64,000 bases of DNA from Octopus vulgaris (lineage: Eukaryota). Positions 26,086 to 40,095 of this stretch are shown piece by piece. The stretch covers positions 62,248,001 through 62,312,000 of the forward strand of contig OX597825.1 in assembly GCA_951406725.2 (NCBI GenBank). Direction: 5' to 3'. The translations under genes and the position numbers were made by a program. Each line of letters opens with the position of its first letter. The first letter of the stretch is position 1. The notes beneath the pieces are model-generated. The model saw only the letters and a list, made by a program, of their open reading frames with translations, had not been told where the DNA came from and searched no databases.

Positions 26086-26744
26086 CACTTACGTACAGGG
26101 AATATTTATTGTTGTTGTTGTTTAACCTTAATAATCTTCTCAATCTGACCCCTGATCAAATAAAGCCCAGCCATAATAAGCTATAATTTTTCAGGATTTA
26201 TTTTTAATATCATCCACGATATTACGTACCATATTAATATACTCTGACCTCAGAATGTCATTTCAGTGGGAATTCACTGTCAATTCTAATAGAGAGGCCT
26301 ACTAGACAGAGGAGCACAGCAGAAGAGCACAGAGAAATGTAGCTGCAACATAAAACAGAAATTTATTTGAGTAAATATCTATATTTTGTAGATAATGTCA
26401 CTTGTCATTTTATCCCTATTAGTTCTTTCAAGAAAATTACTCCGATATTCTAAAGACAGCATTTAATTCTTGGTCTTTACGAAAATGATGAGAAAGAAAG
26501 AACAAAAAAAATGCACTTTTATAGCTGTTATTGTCACTGAAATAAATCTTTCATTTGTTTTATTGAATTCTGTCATATTTTCTAGGATTTAGCATTTTAT
26601 TGATTTGTATATCAATGTTTCATATTGGCTGCCTTACAAGGAATGTTTCTAGGGATTTCAAGGCTTGTGTTTAGCATAATTGGTTAAGTAATTATGCTTT
26701 AATATATGCAGCGAATACATTTCTTTCATTGTTTGTTACATATC

Positions 26745-27155
<411 letters not shown>

Positions 27156-27206
27156 AATTTAACCTTTAAAAGTATTTTTTTCATAAATTAAATATATATA
27201 TATATT

Positions 27207-27759
<553 letters not shown>

Positions 27760-27760
<1 letters not shown>

Positions 27761-28105
27761 CAATTAAGGACAACTACTTAATAAGGAAAACTTAACAAGA
27801 AATTGTCAGGTAGATAGCGTAAAAACCTCATAAGAGAAAAAATTTCGAAAATAATTATTTCTTATTGAACATATTAATTTATATATAGAGGGCATTATAC
27901 ATACATGCCAGAAGGCATTATATATACATGCCAAACGCTAAGAGGGACAATTAGTCATTTCTACCAAAAATATTACTAATCCCACCGAATGCAATTTTTC
28001 AAAGTAAGACATTTAAAAAATATAGACCTGTATCACAGTGATTTCATACTTACGTGCTCATCAGCAGGCCTGAATGCATTATAAATAAACAACGACCCTG
28101 CCCCG

Positions 28106-28108
<3 letters not shown>
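27760..28108 (-). mobile_element. Solo PLE pLTR-like cassette between (TA)n tracts
   Basis: Contains an HHR at 28024-28071; bounded by (TA)n on both sides. Confidence 0.65.
28024..28071 (-). ncRNA. Minimal type-I hammerhead ribozyme motif
   Basis: AGGCCTG-CTGATGA-gcac-gtaa-gtat-GAAA-TCAC-t-GTGA-TA-CAGGTCT; 7-bp stem I, palindromic stem III, decayed stem II. Confidence 0.8.
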
Positions 28109-28137
<29 letters not shown>

Positions 28138-28142
<5 letters not shown>

Positions 28143-28335
28143 GGAGAGTTTACAAAAAAACAAAAGATGAAGACAGGTGGTGTATAAAACAAACAGATGT
28201 ATTAGTATAACGCTCAGGAATAGAAAAAGTCTTTTACGTTTCGAGCCTACACTCTTCTACAAAAAGGGACACAGAAAAAACAAGGAGAGAAAAAAAATGT
28301 GTGTAGTGGCTAACGGTCTATCATGGTGACTGACA
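28138..28335 (-). mobile_element. PLE pLTR-like fragment with a non-canonical HHR-like motif
   Basis: Homologous to 41070-41252; abuts (TA)n. Confidence 0.7.
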
Positions 28336-28341
28336 TATATA

Positions 28342-28602
28342 TGGAGGTCCAATGGCCCAGTGGTTAGGGCAGCAGACTCACGGTCGGAGGATCACAGTTT
28401 TGATTCCCAGACTGGGTATTGCGTGTGTTTATTGAGCGAAAACACCTAAAGCTCCATGAGACTCCAGCAGGGGGTGGGTGGCAACCCCTGTTGTACTCTT
28501 TCACCCCAACCTTCTCTCACTCTTTCTTCCTGTTTCTTGAGTAACATTGTGATGGACTGGTGTCCCGTCCAGCTGAGGAAACACATACGCCATAGAAACC
28601 GT
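28342..28602 (+). mobile_element. tRNA-derived SINE, family C (V-domain-like)
   Basis: TGGCCCAGTGGTTAGG A-box, degenerate B-box, TGATGGACTGGTGTCCCGTCCAG motif. Confidence 0.8.
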
Positions 28603-28701
28603 ATGATTGTGTGCATGTGCATGCATGCATGTGTGTGCATGCTTGCATGTGTGTGTGCAGATTATTAATGAAAGTATGCCAGTATGGAAAATGGACGTTA
28701 A

Positions 28702-28702
28702 A

Positions 28703-28736
<34 letters not shown>

Positions 28737-28818
28737 GGTGGTGGTGGTGGTGGTGTTGGTGTTGGTGGTGGTGGTGGTGGTGGTGGTGGTGGTGGTGGTG
28801 GTGGTGATGATGATGATA
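28702..28818. repeat. (GAT)n/(GGT)n microsatellite following an RTE tail stub
   Basis: Directly visible; preceded by GGAAAATGGACGTTAAA. Confidence 0.9.
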
Positions 28819-29096
28819 ACAAGCACTCAACAATGGAGAGGTGAATAAAAATTTGTTTTAACAGCAAAATTGTTGACTTTCTGGAACCAATGGTTTCTTG
28901 CTGATAAAAATCATCAAAGTTTTCAATAAGAATTCAAATCCCTAATGATGCTCTATCCTTATAATCAGCTAAAATTGCAAAAAATATTAGTGATCTGAAT
29001 CTGCCTCGAAAAATTTTTAATTTTTCTCTGTATAAATCCTTGGGTTATAGAAAATTAACAAAAATTTTATTGGAAAGAATACATGGAAAGAACATA

Positions 29097-29505
29097 GGCA
29101 CAGGAGTGGCTGTGTGGTAAGTAGCTTGCTTACCATCCACATGGTTCCGGGTTCAGTCCCACTGCGTGGCATCTTGGGCAAGTGTCTTCTGCTATAGCCC
29201 CGGGCCGACCAATGCCTTGTGAGTGGATTTGGTAGACGGAAACTGAAAGAAGCCTGTCGTATATATGTATATATATATGTGTGTGTGTGTGTGTGTGCGT
29301 GTGTGTGTGTTTGTCCCCCTAGCATTGCTTGACAACCGATGCTGGTATGTTTACGTCCCCGTCACTTAGCGGTTCGGCAAAAGAGACCGATAGAATAAGT
29401 ACTGGGCTTACAAAGAATATGTCCTGGGGTCGATTTGCTCGACTAAAGGCGGTGCTCCAGCATGGCCGCAGTCAAATGACTGAAACAAGTAAAAGAGTAA
29501 AAGAG
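29097..29505 (+). mobile_element. Full-length young SINE family B (CORE-like)
   Basis: GTGGCTGTGTGGTAAG A-box, GGGTTCAGTCCC B-box, CTTGGGCAAGTG core, internal (TA)/(TG) tract, (AAAAGAGT)n tail. Confidence 0.92.
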
Positions 29506-29873
29506 AATGTCCCCAAGTGCATGTTAGAACGCAATAACAATGTGAACTAGATTTGAAAGTTGAAGTCTCTTAAAATGCTCTAGTAGTCAGCTATCCATAT
29601 ATATTCACATATGCATTAAGATTTCACTCCCTTCCTCCCCCCACTTCACCCACACTCTACCTCCCCAAAATCCAATAGACACGAAATGTTATGCAATAAA
29701 CTGGAAATTTGTTTAAAATATAATGAAGAATTAAATGCTGTTCTTGAAATAATTCAGCACATTTACTGCATAACGATAAAAACAAGAAATCAAACAGTTA
29801 TGTACAGAGAAATGAAATACAAAATGTATAGAAAAAAATAAATAACAGACAAAGCATTTAGCAATTTCATCCT

Positions 29874-29897
29874 TGACGTCTTCGTTGCTATAGTAAC
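29874..29897. promoter_or_regulatory. Candidate CRE-like site plus RFX X-box
   Basis: TGACGTC at 29874-29880 and GTTGCTATAGTAAC at 29884-29897, a full match to RTHNYYWTRRNRAC. Confidence 0.3.
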
Positions 29898-30319
29898 CCC
29901 AACTAAAAACAACAAAAACATATTAAATTATCTATTTGAACAAAGAAAGATTTTGAAATTACAAATCTACATGAGGCCGTATGTATTGTTTTCCTAACAA
30001 ATGTAATCAATAAATCTATGTGTTATTTAAATTACTCTTTTCTCCTTCAAATTCATGTATTACCAATTCTGGTGTTGGAATATTGGCATAAATGATAGAT
30101 CCTTATTCCTCTATAATCTGTATTGAAATTACTCTGGATTCTATGATATTTGTGCCAGCGATATACTAAACTGATGATCCTAGTTAAACCAAAACAATAT
30201 TACATTTATAGTAAGTTTATAAATTTTGTTTATCAGATTATGTTGATAATGATGATGATGACCTTAGAGGCAGCGACTGTGGTGGCAGTGATGACGATGA
30301 AGGACGATGAGGATGATGA

Positions 30320-30528
30320 CCCTTTCTACTATAGGCCAGGAATTTTGGAGGTGTGTGCTTGTGAATCACATCGACCAAAGTGCTCAACTGGTACTTATTT
30401 CATTGACCTCAAATAGATGTAAGCTAAAGTCAAATTTGGGAGAATTTGAGCTCAGATGAAAAAGACAGTTGAAATGCCACTAAGCATTTGGCCCAGCATG
30501 CTCGTGATTCTACTAGTTTGCCATCTTA
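30320..30528 (-). mobile_element. Old SINE family A
   Basis: AACTGGTACTTATTTCATTGACC core and GAATTTGAGCTCAGA. Confidence 0.7.
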
Positions 30529-30546
30529 ATAATAATAATAATAACG

Positions 30547-30601
<55 letters not shown>

Positions 30602-30606
30602 TAACG

Positions 30607-31048
30607 ATTCAGGCTAATCAACCACACATTATTATTAAAGACAGAGATGTAAATACTTGTAGACTGTAAATTCTTCCACTGATAAAAACATTTCTGTCAA
30701 AGAATTTGACAAACTAAGTAAATATAAGGACCTGGAAATTGAAATATAAAAGATATAGATCTTAAAATGAGAACTGTTCCTGTTATTGTAGGTGCCGCAG
30801 GTGTGTTAAAAAAGGGATGTCAGAACCATCTGGATAATATCCCAGGAGAACCATGATTCAGAGAAATCCAACAAATTGGGCTAACAAGTATTGCCAACAC
30901 CTTTAGAAAAACCCTGTCCATTTTAAATTACTGCTTCCCCCCACCCCAAGCTTTCTGTCTTCCTGTAACATCTCCTATTCACTCAGCCCAGAACACTGGG
31001 AGTGTCCTGTCAAGTGGCTATAACAAACATGCAGATTAAAAGTAAATA
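30607..31048 (+). mobile_element. R4/Dong-like non-LTR 3' fragment (restriction-like endonuclease)
   Basis: DKNISVKEFDKLSKYKDLEIEI...TVPVIVGAAGVLKKG...IPGEP...EIQ; embedded between (AAT)n tracts. Confidence 0.8.
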
Positions 31049-31101
31049 ATGATAATGATAATAAAAACAACAACAACAACAAAAACAACAACAACAACAA
31101 C

Positions 31102-31141
<40 letters not shown>

Positions 31142-31286
31142 GTAAATGCCTGATTCAGTACCAGGCAGTGGCTCTCGTGGCTTCTCATCTTAACTGATTG
31201 GAAGTGTTATCATGTATATTGTTTTGTCTTGATATAAAAGATAGGCTACAGCAAATATTCTGCTCAATACCACAGATTAGCTTGTC

Positions 31287-32413
31287 AGCAAAAGCTCCCA
31301 ATGATGCATGGAGTCCATCATCCGTGAGCAGACACTGATTGCATATACATGAAGAAAGCAACTGAAGGAAGAGGACTGATAAATGTGAAAGACTGTGTAC
31401 ATATAGAACTCGAGAATTTAATAAGATACTAAGCCCAAAGTAAGAAAACTTTGCTAGTATCAGTAAGGAACGAGGGAGTATTGATGTAAGAGAAAAAAGA
31501 GGAAAAAATGAAGGAAAAAGTACAAAAAGGATATGAAGAAGAATTACACAACAAGGGATTACACAATCAATTCCCTGTAGCCACAACAGATGTTGCTGGA
31601 AAAATTAAGTGGGATTGGCTGAAGAAAGGAACACTAAAAAAAGAGACTGATAGCACTACACTGGCAGTGCAAGACCAAGCCTTGGCCACAAACTGGAGGG
31701 TCAACCTTTGGAATGGGCAAGTGTCTCTGCTATGCCTCATCTGTAGGGTTAGGGTTAGGGTTACAGAGTGGATGAAACCATTGCACATATCACGAATGGA
31801 TGCCCTAGACATGCCCAAAACCACTAAAAGTTGTGACAACATGATCAGGTAGCAAAATGGTACATTGGAAACTGCTGTGTGAAAAGCAGGGGCTAGGGAG
31901 AGGCAAAATTTAGTATGAGCACAAACCACTGAGAATGGTGGAGTCAGAGGATAGCAAAATCCTCTGGTATTTCCCAATCTAAACAGATCAGATTCTAGAG
32001 CATAACAGACTGGGCCTAGTGGAGGGGGACAAGGTGCAACACACATGCTATATAGTTGTTATTGCATGCCATTTTGACACACAAATAGTCAAGAAGTAAG
32101 GCGAAAAAATAGATAAATACAACCCTCTTAAGTACGAAATAGCCCAGCTATGGAAAATGAAGGTGAAGATAGTGCCAATTATTGTTGGATCTTTAGGAAC
32201 AGTATCAGACAGCATCAAAAGGAACATAAAGGAAATTGGAATAGAGTGCCCAGTAGAATTGTTACGAAAGTTTTGCCTCCTTGGCACGGTCAGAATAATC
32301 AGGAAAGTATTAGATAGCTGAGAAGAACAGGTAGCATGGTAACATAGGTTGCAGGTAGCAAGCCCACTATGTATGCAAGACTCTAGGAGTTCCAACCAAA
32401 CTTGTGATAATTT
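31287..32413 (+). mobile_element. Second R4/Dong-like fragment (RT end, CCHC, RLE)
   Basis: MHGVHHP*ADTDCIY...GRGLINVKDCV; WDWLKKGTLKKETDSTTLAVQDQAL; CLIC...ETIAHI..GC; EKIDKY..LKYEIAQLW...IVPIIVGSLG...LLGTVRIIRKVLD. Confidence 0.85.
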
Positions 32414-33286
32414 GTCAAATAAAGAAAAACAGCAATGTTAGAAGGAAAAGTACATACACATTAAACACTTGAAAAACACACATAAAACCCCACCAGAGAA
32501 GTGAATAGTAAAAAGAAACCACGATGAGAAAAGTGTAAAGGAAGCACATCATATCATGAATCATGCTGGTGAATTTTAGAGAGAAATTTTTGAAGGATGC
32601 ATTGCTTTGATAGCTAACAATCATCTTGGGTAGTTTACTCAATACTTTGATATATAGAAAAGATTTCTATAAATTTTGAATAGTACTTTTATAACATTAT
32701 ATACAGCAGCTTTATATTCATAGAAACATATCTATTAACAAACAGTTTTCAACTTATGCCAAGAGTAAACTAATGCTTAGTATTCAAACACATCCTACTA
32801 GTAATATTGCTGTTGCTTTTAAGCTCATTTTAATACTGCTATGTGAAAAATTAATCCTAAGAAGAATCATTGAATTTCAGGATAGACAGTAATGCACTTT
32901 ACAGACTTCAACATTCTAAATAAATTTTGATTTATTACACTGTTAAGTAAACTTAAAATATATAATTTACTATCACCACACCATGGAAGAAATGATAATT
33001 CTGCAAACCACTCAAAATTGAAAACCACCTCGAAGAACGGTGACCAGCTCGGCCTTAACAGCATTATAGGCCCTTGAGAATCAATGTTCTTTGAAATTTA
33101 GTATTTATTTCCTGACAGCTAACCACAGCATATATAGGTTTGCACTGGACCCCTAGACCCATTGAGCCACTTGGGAACTCAGCCAGTATGACAGCACCTT
33201 CAAGCATCATTGGTTGCTGTACTGAATAAAATCTGATACAACAGAAATATCCTATCAGACAAAGTCTGATTAGTGTTGGTATGATG

Positions 33287-33587
33287 TTTGTTCCTTCTTG
33301 AGCCATGCCTGGCTCATAAGGGTCGGTTTCTTGGTTTCCTTAGCGTATAGGTTCCCCACCTGAACGGGACGCCGGTCCGTCGCAGGTGAGCTGCAAGATG
33401 CAGGAGGAAAGAGTGAGAGAAAGTTGTGGCAAAAGAGGCAGCAAAAGTTTGCCGTTATCTTCTGCTGGAGCCGCATGGAGCTTAGGTGTTTCGTTCATAA
33501 ACACACACATTGACCAGGCTGAGATTCGAACCCGCGATACCTCGACCGCGAGTCCACTTCTCTAACCATTAGGCCATGTGCCATCAA
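33287..33587 (-). mobile_element. Full-length SINE family C
   Basis: TSD TGGTATGATG (33277-33286 / 33588-33597); B-box GGGTTCGAATCTC on minus strand. Confidence 0.9.
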
Positions 33588-34764
33588 TGGTATGATGAAA
33601 TGAATTCAGTCCATGCTATAAAGAAGTTTGTGATAGAAAACTATATAGAAGTTTGTCCAGGTGTAAAAAACATCTTAAAAATATGAAAATCAATGAGGAT
33701 AATATCAGCCATTTCTGTAGTGGTGGTGATGATGACAATAACGATGACAACAACCACCACCATCACAACCATCACCAACACCACCAACACCATCACTACC
33801 ACTCTCACATTTAAATTTAATATGTTTTATAATCCTAAATTCCAAAGATGCATTACTCAATACATGTTGTCAGTGACTTTGTAAAATAAACACTGCTTTT
33901 CATTTGCAAAATCTAATTATGTAAATGCTCCATCATTTTGTATGAGTTGTGTGTGTTTGTGTTCTGTATGACTAAGGTGAGTATGTGCATATATGTCTCT
34001 GTACACATACACACACAAAGTTAACATAGACAGCAGTGTGCCATGTGTTTTGGTAACATGTGTGTGTGCAGTTTGCATATCATCCAATGTAATACCGAAG
34101 TAAGATGATATGTGATAGATTACATGAAACCCTTTCATTTCCTGTTAACATCAGCTATAGTTACTAATGTAATAATATCTATCGTACATTTTCTTATTTT
34201 CTTTCTAATACAAGAATATACCGTTTCTGAGAAGAAGAGTTCATTTGAAAATCTTCCTAGGTTATCATCAAATAATGATATTGGAAAAATTAGCGAAGAG
34301 CCATTATTTATACTTTCCATTCCCTCGGGATTCTACAATAGTTTCTATAAATTAATTTAAATCAAATATATGACTCAATTAATTAACAAATACAAAACAC
34401 AATAGTTAGCTATACTATATGGAAAGTTCATTATCAAGCATCACGATTTTTCTTTTGTTCATTTGTGTGTGTTTCATTGTATGTCTGACTGCATTAAGTC
34501 CAAGTTGAAAGATCATACACAAATATACACTCCCTTGAATGTTTTAATCAGCGAAACTTTCAAAGTAAATCAAGGGCTGAAGTTATCATGCACGACAGTC
34601 ATCAAATGTGCGTGTGTAGTGTGTAACTGTATGCTGGTATGTATATATGCATATTTGTATACACACATGTATAAACGAGGGCATTTATACATCCATATCT
34701 GCTAACAGTTATTTTCAATATTTCCCTCGCTGGATTATGTGTTTGTTTCTCTTTTTGTAATGCT

Positions 34765-35075
34765 CTTTTACTCTTTTACTTGTTTCAGTCATTTGACTGT
34801 GGCCATGCTGGAACGCCACCTTTAATCGAGCAAATTGGCCCCAGGACTTATTCATTGTAAGCCTAGTACTTATTTTATTGGTATCTTTTGCCGAACCACT
34901 AAGTCACGGGACGTAAACACATCAGCATCGGTTGTCAAGTGATGTTGGCAGGACAAACACACACAGGCAAACACATGCATACATATATATATATATATAT
35001 ATGACAGGCTTCTTTCAGTTTCCATCTACCAAATCCATTCACAAGGCTTTGGTCACCCTGAGGATACAGTAGAAG
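34765..35075 (-). mobile_element. SINE family B, 5'-truncated
   Basis: Matches the 3' two-thirds of 29097-29505. Confidence 0.85.
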
Positions 35076-36924
35076 TGTCTATTAGTTTTTGTCGGCACTA
35101 CCTGGTCTTGAGCAATTCTTCCTGGCCTGTATTCTCTGAGTGAGTTCTCATACTATGACATTGTGATGGTGTACAATGTGTATTACTATTGGAGGAATTA
35201 CCACTATTGTGTATGCCTTCTTGTATATATTGAATTTTTTCACAGTACCCAACCCTAGCTAAATCAGCATAATAATAAGTTGCATGTGATTCAAAAATTT
35301 TATTATTAGCCGATAATCTAGAAATTCTTGTAGAAATATTCTTAACTAATTCCCATATTATTGAGGGTAGATGGTTGGATGCTACATTTACGTACTTAAT
35401 ATGATCATTTGGTTTATGAAATGTTAAAATAATCCAGTATCAAGACATGGTAGCATCAAGAAAATTTACTCTACAATAATACATTCCCATAGTAATATTT
35501 AGTCCTAAATTTTTTTTAAATCTTAAGAAATTTTTCCTATGCCTTTTTTATTTTACTTTGCTACTTCTGTCCAGAAAAAATAAGGCTTCATCCCTATATA
35601 GACGTCCTGTTACTTCTGGAAAGAAGACTGGATTAATGAAAGGATATATATTCTGAATAGGTCTGTGACCTATGCAGAGTCAAATGACCCCATTGCTATA
35701 TTGAAAGCATTCTCCCTATCTAACATACTCCATAATCTACCATCAAAATGACGCATGCCACTGATATATATATATATATATATTGAAATGGATAAATGAA
35801 TTATCTTGTTACGGATTATTCAAAAGTTTAACCGATACCTGGGTAGCAAAAATCACAGCAGAAAAAACACGGTTGGAGTTATGACCATAGGGTCATATAT
35901 ATATATAGATATGTATGTATGTATGGGTGTATATACCATAGGGAAAGGAACTTATATAATACACCACAGAGTGTATAAAATAATTTTATACAAGACTGTC
36001 CTTCCAAACTTTCTCTGAGAAAAGTAAATATCAAATTACAACTGGTAGAGAGGACATGAGGACCTAAATATCAGAGTATCATGATTTTTTGACTTAACTT
36101 AGACTGATTAGCCATGGCACGAAACCAAGCATGGCCTTCCAATCAGACTGCCGATATACTTGCCAATATTGCGAACAAGTCATTCCTTTGTTGCATGGAA
36201 TGTTGGATATTTTTCTTTGAATGCTTGTCAGTGACTAAGGTGAAAGACTTCTGGATATTCACTGACATGTATACAACTAAAGAAAAGGATGAATGAACAA
36301 TTCAATAATGATTTTACAACCCTGCTGGTACACATGCAAATAGAGTGGGGCAAGAATTCTTCAATACTGCTATTGTGCATTGAGAACTGTGGTTGCCATC
36401 GTTTAAACTGATATGAAAGAAAATGGTTTCATTCATTCTGGATCCAGCAATAAGTTCTATTCATCTACAAGAATTCCCCCTAAAAACATACAAAAGGGTT
36501 CTAATCAAACATCTTGAAATACATTTCTAAAACTTCGGTTGAGAAGGTGGTATGCTCCTTTAAAAAAGCTATAAGGAGCCATAAAAATCTCCTTTCATAA
36601 GGGAGTAGATGTTCGGAAGGACCATGGACAGAAATCTTTAAATCCTAATTAGTGTTTTTAATTGAGACACAGTGTGGTAGGGAGTTCTATGTTTACATCT
36701 ACTACAGTATTTCAATTGTACCATATTTTATGGACCTCCAAAGTAAAGTTGTTACTGGCTGCATTTGAACTCACAAGGCATTATTTTGGTGTGCAAACAG
36801 CTGTGAGAGGTGTTGCTTGCAAATATAGTGAAAGGTTTAAAGTATCTATATTATACTTTCTTATTTATCTTTTTCTATCTCACTCTGCTTCTACAAGTCC
36901 ATCAATCTCTCTATCACCCCTTCT

Positions 36925-36928
36925 GTAT

Positions 36929-37004
<76 letters not shown>

Positions 37005-37063
37005 TTGTCTATCTGTTTATCTATCTATCTCTCTGTCTATCTGTTTATCTATCTATTTATCTG

Positions 37064-37151
<88 letters not shown>
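36925..37151. repeat. (ATCT)n microsatellite
   Basis: Directly visible. Confidence 0.95.
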
Positions 37152-38645
37152 GAAACACACACACAGATACTCTTTTACTTGTTTCAGTCATTTGACCGTG
37201 GTCATGCTAAAGCACCACCTTTAGTCAAACAAATTGACCCCAGGGATTATTCTTTGTAAGCTTAGTACTTATTCTGTCGGTCACTTTTGCCAAAATATAT
37301 ACATATAAATATTCATACATTTTCCACAAATATTCAACTCTAAGATATGTTGTATGTAATAGAAAAGCACAAAAATATTATCTGTGACATCTCCAATCTT
37401 CAAAGGACAAAGAAAAGAAAGGAAGTCAAAGAGGAAGAAAGACAGGGGGAAATAAAAGGAAAGGAAAAAGATAGGAAAAAAACAGGAAACAGGAAAAAAA
37501 TATACAAAGAGAAAGAGAAATTGTCAAAATATAGATTTTTGCTTTCCTCTAAATTTCAAACGTATTATCTATGATGGAATGGTCTGTAATTCCTGTATTT
37601 ACATTCGAGGAATATATTCAGTAGAGCTGTACTTGTTTCTAATGTCTCTGTAATCCAGTAAAAATAAAAATGTACCAATACTGAAACGCAAAAATGTAAT
37701 AAAATATATAAAATAAAAGGACAAAAGAAAAATGGCTGCTTAAAAAATTCTCAAGTTCCTGGTTTACTTAGATCCAGAAGATTTAAGATTAAACTGCTTC
37801 TATGTGACCATTCTGTATCTTCTTTCAAACAGAGTGAGGGTAAAATTGTATGATGCAAAATTTCCTAATTATTATATACATTATAGAAATAAATTATATA
37901 TTTAAAAAAGATATAATTTTTGTAATTTTAAAACTTCCATTATACTTATTTAATTAGCAGTTGCAGGGACTTAATTAAATAAACATTCTAATTAAAATAA
38001 ACAGAAAAAGTTTTTGTGTAGCATTGAATATCAATATGTATATCTATCTGTCAAGATGTTTGTGTATGTGTGTGTATGTATATGTATATATACACATACA
38101 TACATGCACACACACACACACATATATATATATACGTAAATACATATATACATACACATATATATGTAAATATATATATACATACACATGCATAAATACA
38201 TACATATATGCATACGATTATACAACAATGGTTCCTGTCATAATTAGAAGGTATATTTAATAAAGTACCTGCTACAGTTAATTTAATAAGTATAATTGAG
38301 GCTACAAATTACAGTTTTTAAATGTATATTTTATTTCTGGAGCGTATAATGGAAACCATGTAAAATAGTTATCGTGAGGAATGAAATCTTACCCTCACTA
38401 TATGTGAAAAACAATATAGAATTCTCATGGCATGAACCTTTTCAATCTTCAGTCTTCTTGATCGAAATTGCCCCAGAGCTAAAGAATTGCAACAAACATC
38501 TTTTCTTCTCTCTCTTCTAATTTCTGATTCTTTCTTACAAATGGATTCTTTGCATACTAGTAGACAAATGCATATCACAAAATCATAAGACATACAAATA
38601 TGCATAACATACAGAAAATAACAATTAACAGATACTTCATGCATA

Positions 38646-38895
38646 TTCGGTTGGTGCATAAATATTGCAGCTTTCTTTCAACAAATTTTATTCAACACAA
38701 GCAATAACAATATTTAATAAAAACGTCTTTAAATGACGGTCTCACCATCTGCCAAGCAAATGGGAAGCAGTAATTGAAGTAGATGGTGAATATGCTCCAG
38801 GATAATCATTTAAAGATGTTTTTGTTACATGTTGTTATTGTTTTTGTTGAATAAAATTTGTTGGAAAACACCACAATTATTATGCACCAACCCAA
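38646..38895. mobile_element. Mariner-derived MITE
   Basis: About 90-bp inverted arms starting TTCGGTTGGTGCATAA / ending TTATGCACCAACCCAA; TA at left; core translates to HLPSKWEAVIEVDGEY (mariner C-terminus). Confidence 0.85.
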
Positions 38896-39258
38896 TGTGT
38901 ATATATATGGTATTGTCCATTCACTAAATGCAAATCTATGATACTGCTCATAGCCCAAGTATACAGCATTTGTTCAATGGGGCAATGAAAACAACCTGCA
39001 AAAATGATTATTTATAGTCACAGCCATACCTTTGTAGTAGGATCTCTACAACCCAGTTACGTTTTTCAGTTCAATGTTACTGCATGGCATGTTGGACAAA
39101 TGTTTCTACTATATTTCCACAATGGCCATTGTCTTGTGAGAGATTGTAGATTTAACAACTGGGAACTGAAACACACACACACACACATATATTTGTGTAT
39201 ATATATATCCATGTATATATGTACACACACACACACACACACACACTTATACTAAATC

Positions 39259-40095
39259 GAAAAATTTCTGTCTAAAGGAAAAGAGTTCAGTAAATTTTCG
39301 AAATTTGAATTTTTCAAAAAAAATTTTGTTTTACAGGAAAAGGTTTAATAAAATGTTGAGCCTTCAAAAGTAAGAAGCTAGAATTGAAAAAATGAAAGGA
39401 ATTTTAATTGGCATTTTGTTGCACTTTTTGAAAAAAAAATAATAGTTTTAATAATAAACTCTTTTCTCTTCTCTTCCTCCTCTTTCTTTTCCTTTCCTCT
39501 TCTCCTTTCCACTTTTCAATCCTTTCTCTTCATCTGGGTCATCATCCTTCCCAGACTTATCTCTCTTTCATTCTTCTCTCTTTTCTTCTTCTTTTCCTTT
39601 TCTCTTTCTTTTCCTTTTCGCTTCTTCATTCTATCATTCAACTCCTTCCGTCTTTCCTCTTCAAATAGCTCATTATCCTTCTACATGAACTTACCTTTGT
39701 TTCGTGTTTTTCTTCTCTTCCTCCCCCTCCTTTTTTCTCTTCTCTCCTCCATTCCATTATTTGTCTATTTCCGTCCTTAATCCCCATTAAATGCTCCTAC
39801 TTGTGCTTTTAAAAAAATGATATAGTTAATCTTGATTCGTTAATAAAAGGGGATTGAAGTGGTGGTATTCCCCACCATTTTAAAAATAATATTTGTTTGC
39901 TAATGAGATGAGCATTTCAAAAAAGTGACACAAAATGCCAATTAACATTTTTTTTTACTTTTTCAATTCTAGTTTCTAACTTTTGAAGGTTCAAAATTTT
40001 ATTAAACGTTTTTTGGGGCAACAGTTTTATTTTAGAAAAATTTGAAGTTTGAACATTTTGTTGAACACTTTTTTCTGTAAAACAGGAAATTTTTC
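39259..40095. mobile_element. Foldback-like element with about 175-bp diverged inverted arms
   Basis: CCTTCAAAAGTAAGAAGCTAGAATTGAAAAA...AATTGGCATTTTGT mirrored at 39915-40095; CT-rich spacer. Confidence 0.65.

Noticed and set aside
34190-34360. Exon-like open stretch after a pyrimidine tract (similar at 35575, 22680, 53476)
   Set aside because: No convincing donor, no recognisable protein motif, stops in flanking frames
36150-36400. Faint gypsy integrase-like words (LVSD*G, YNPA)
   Set aside because: Too degenerate to support without an HMM search
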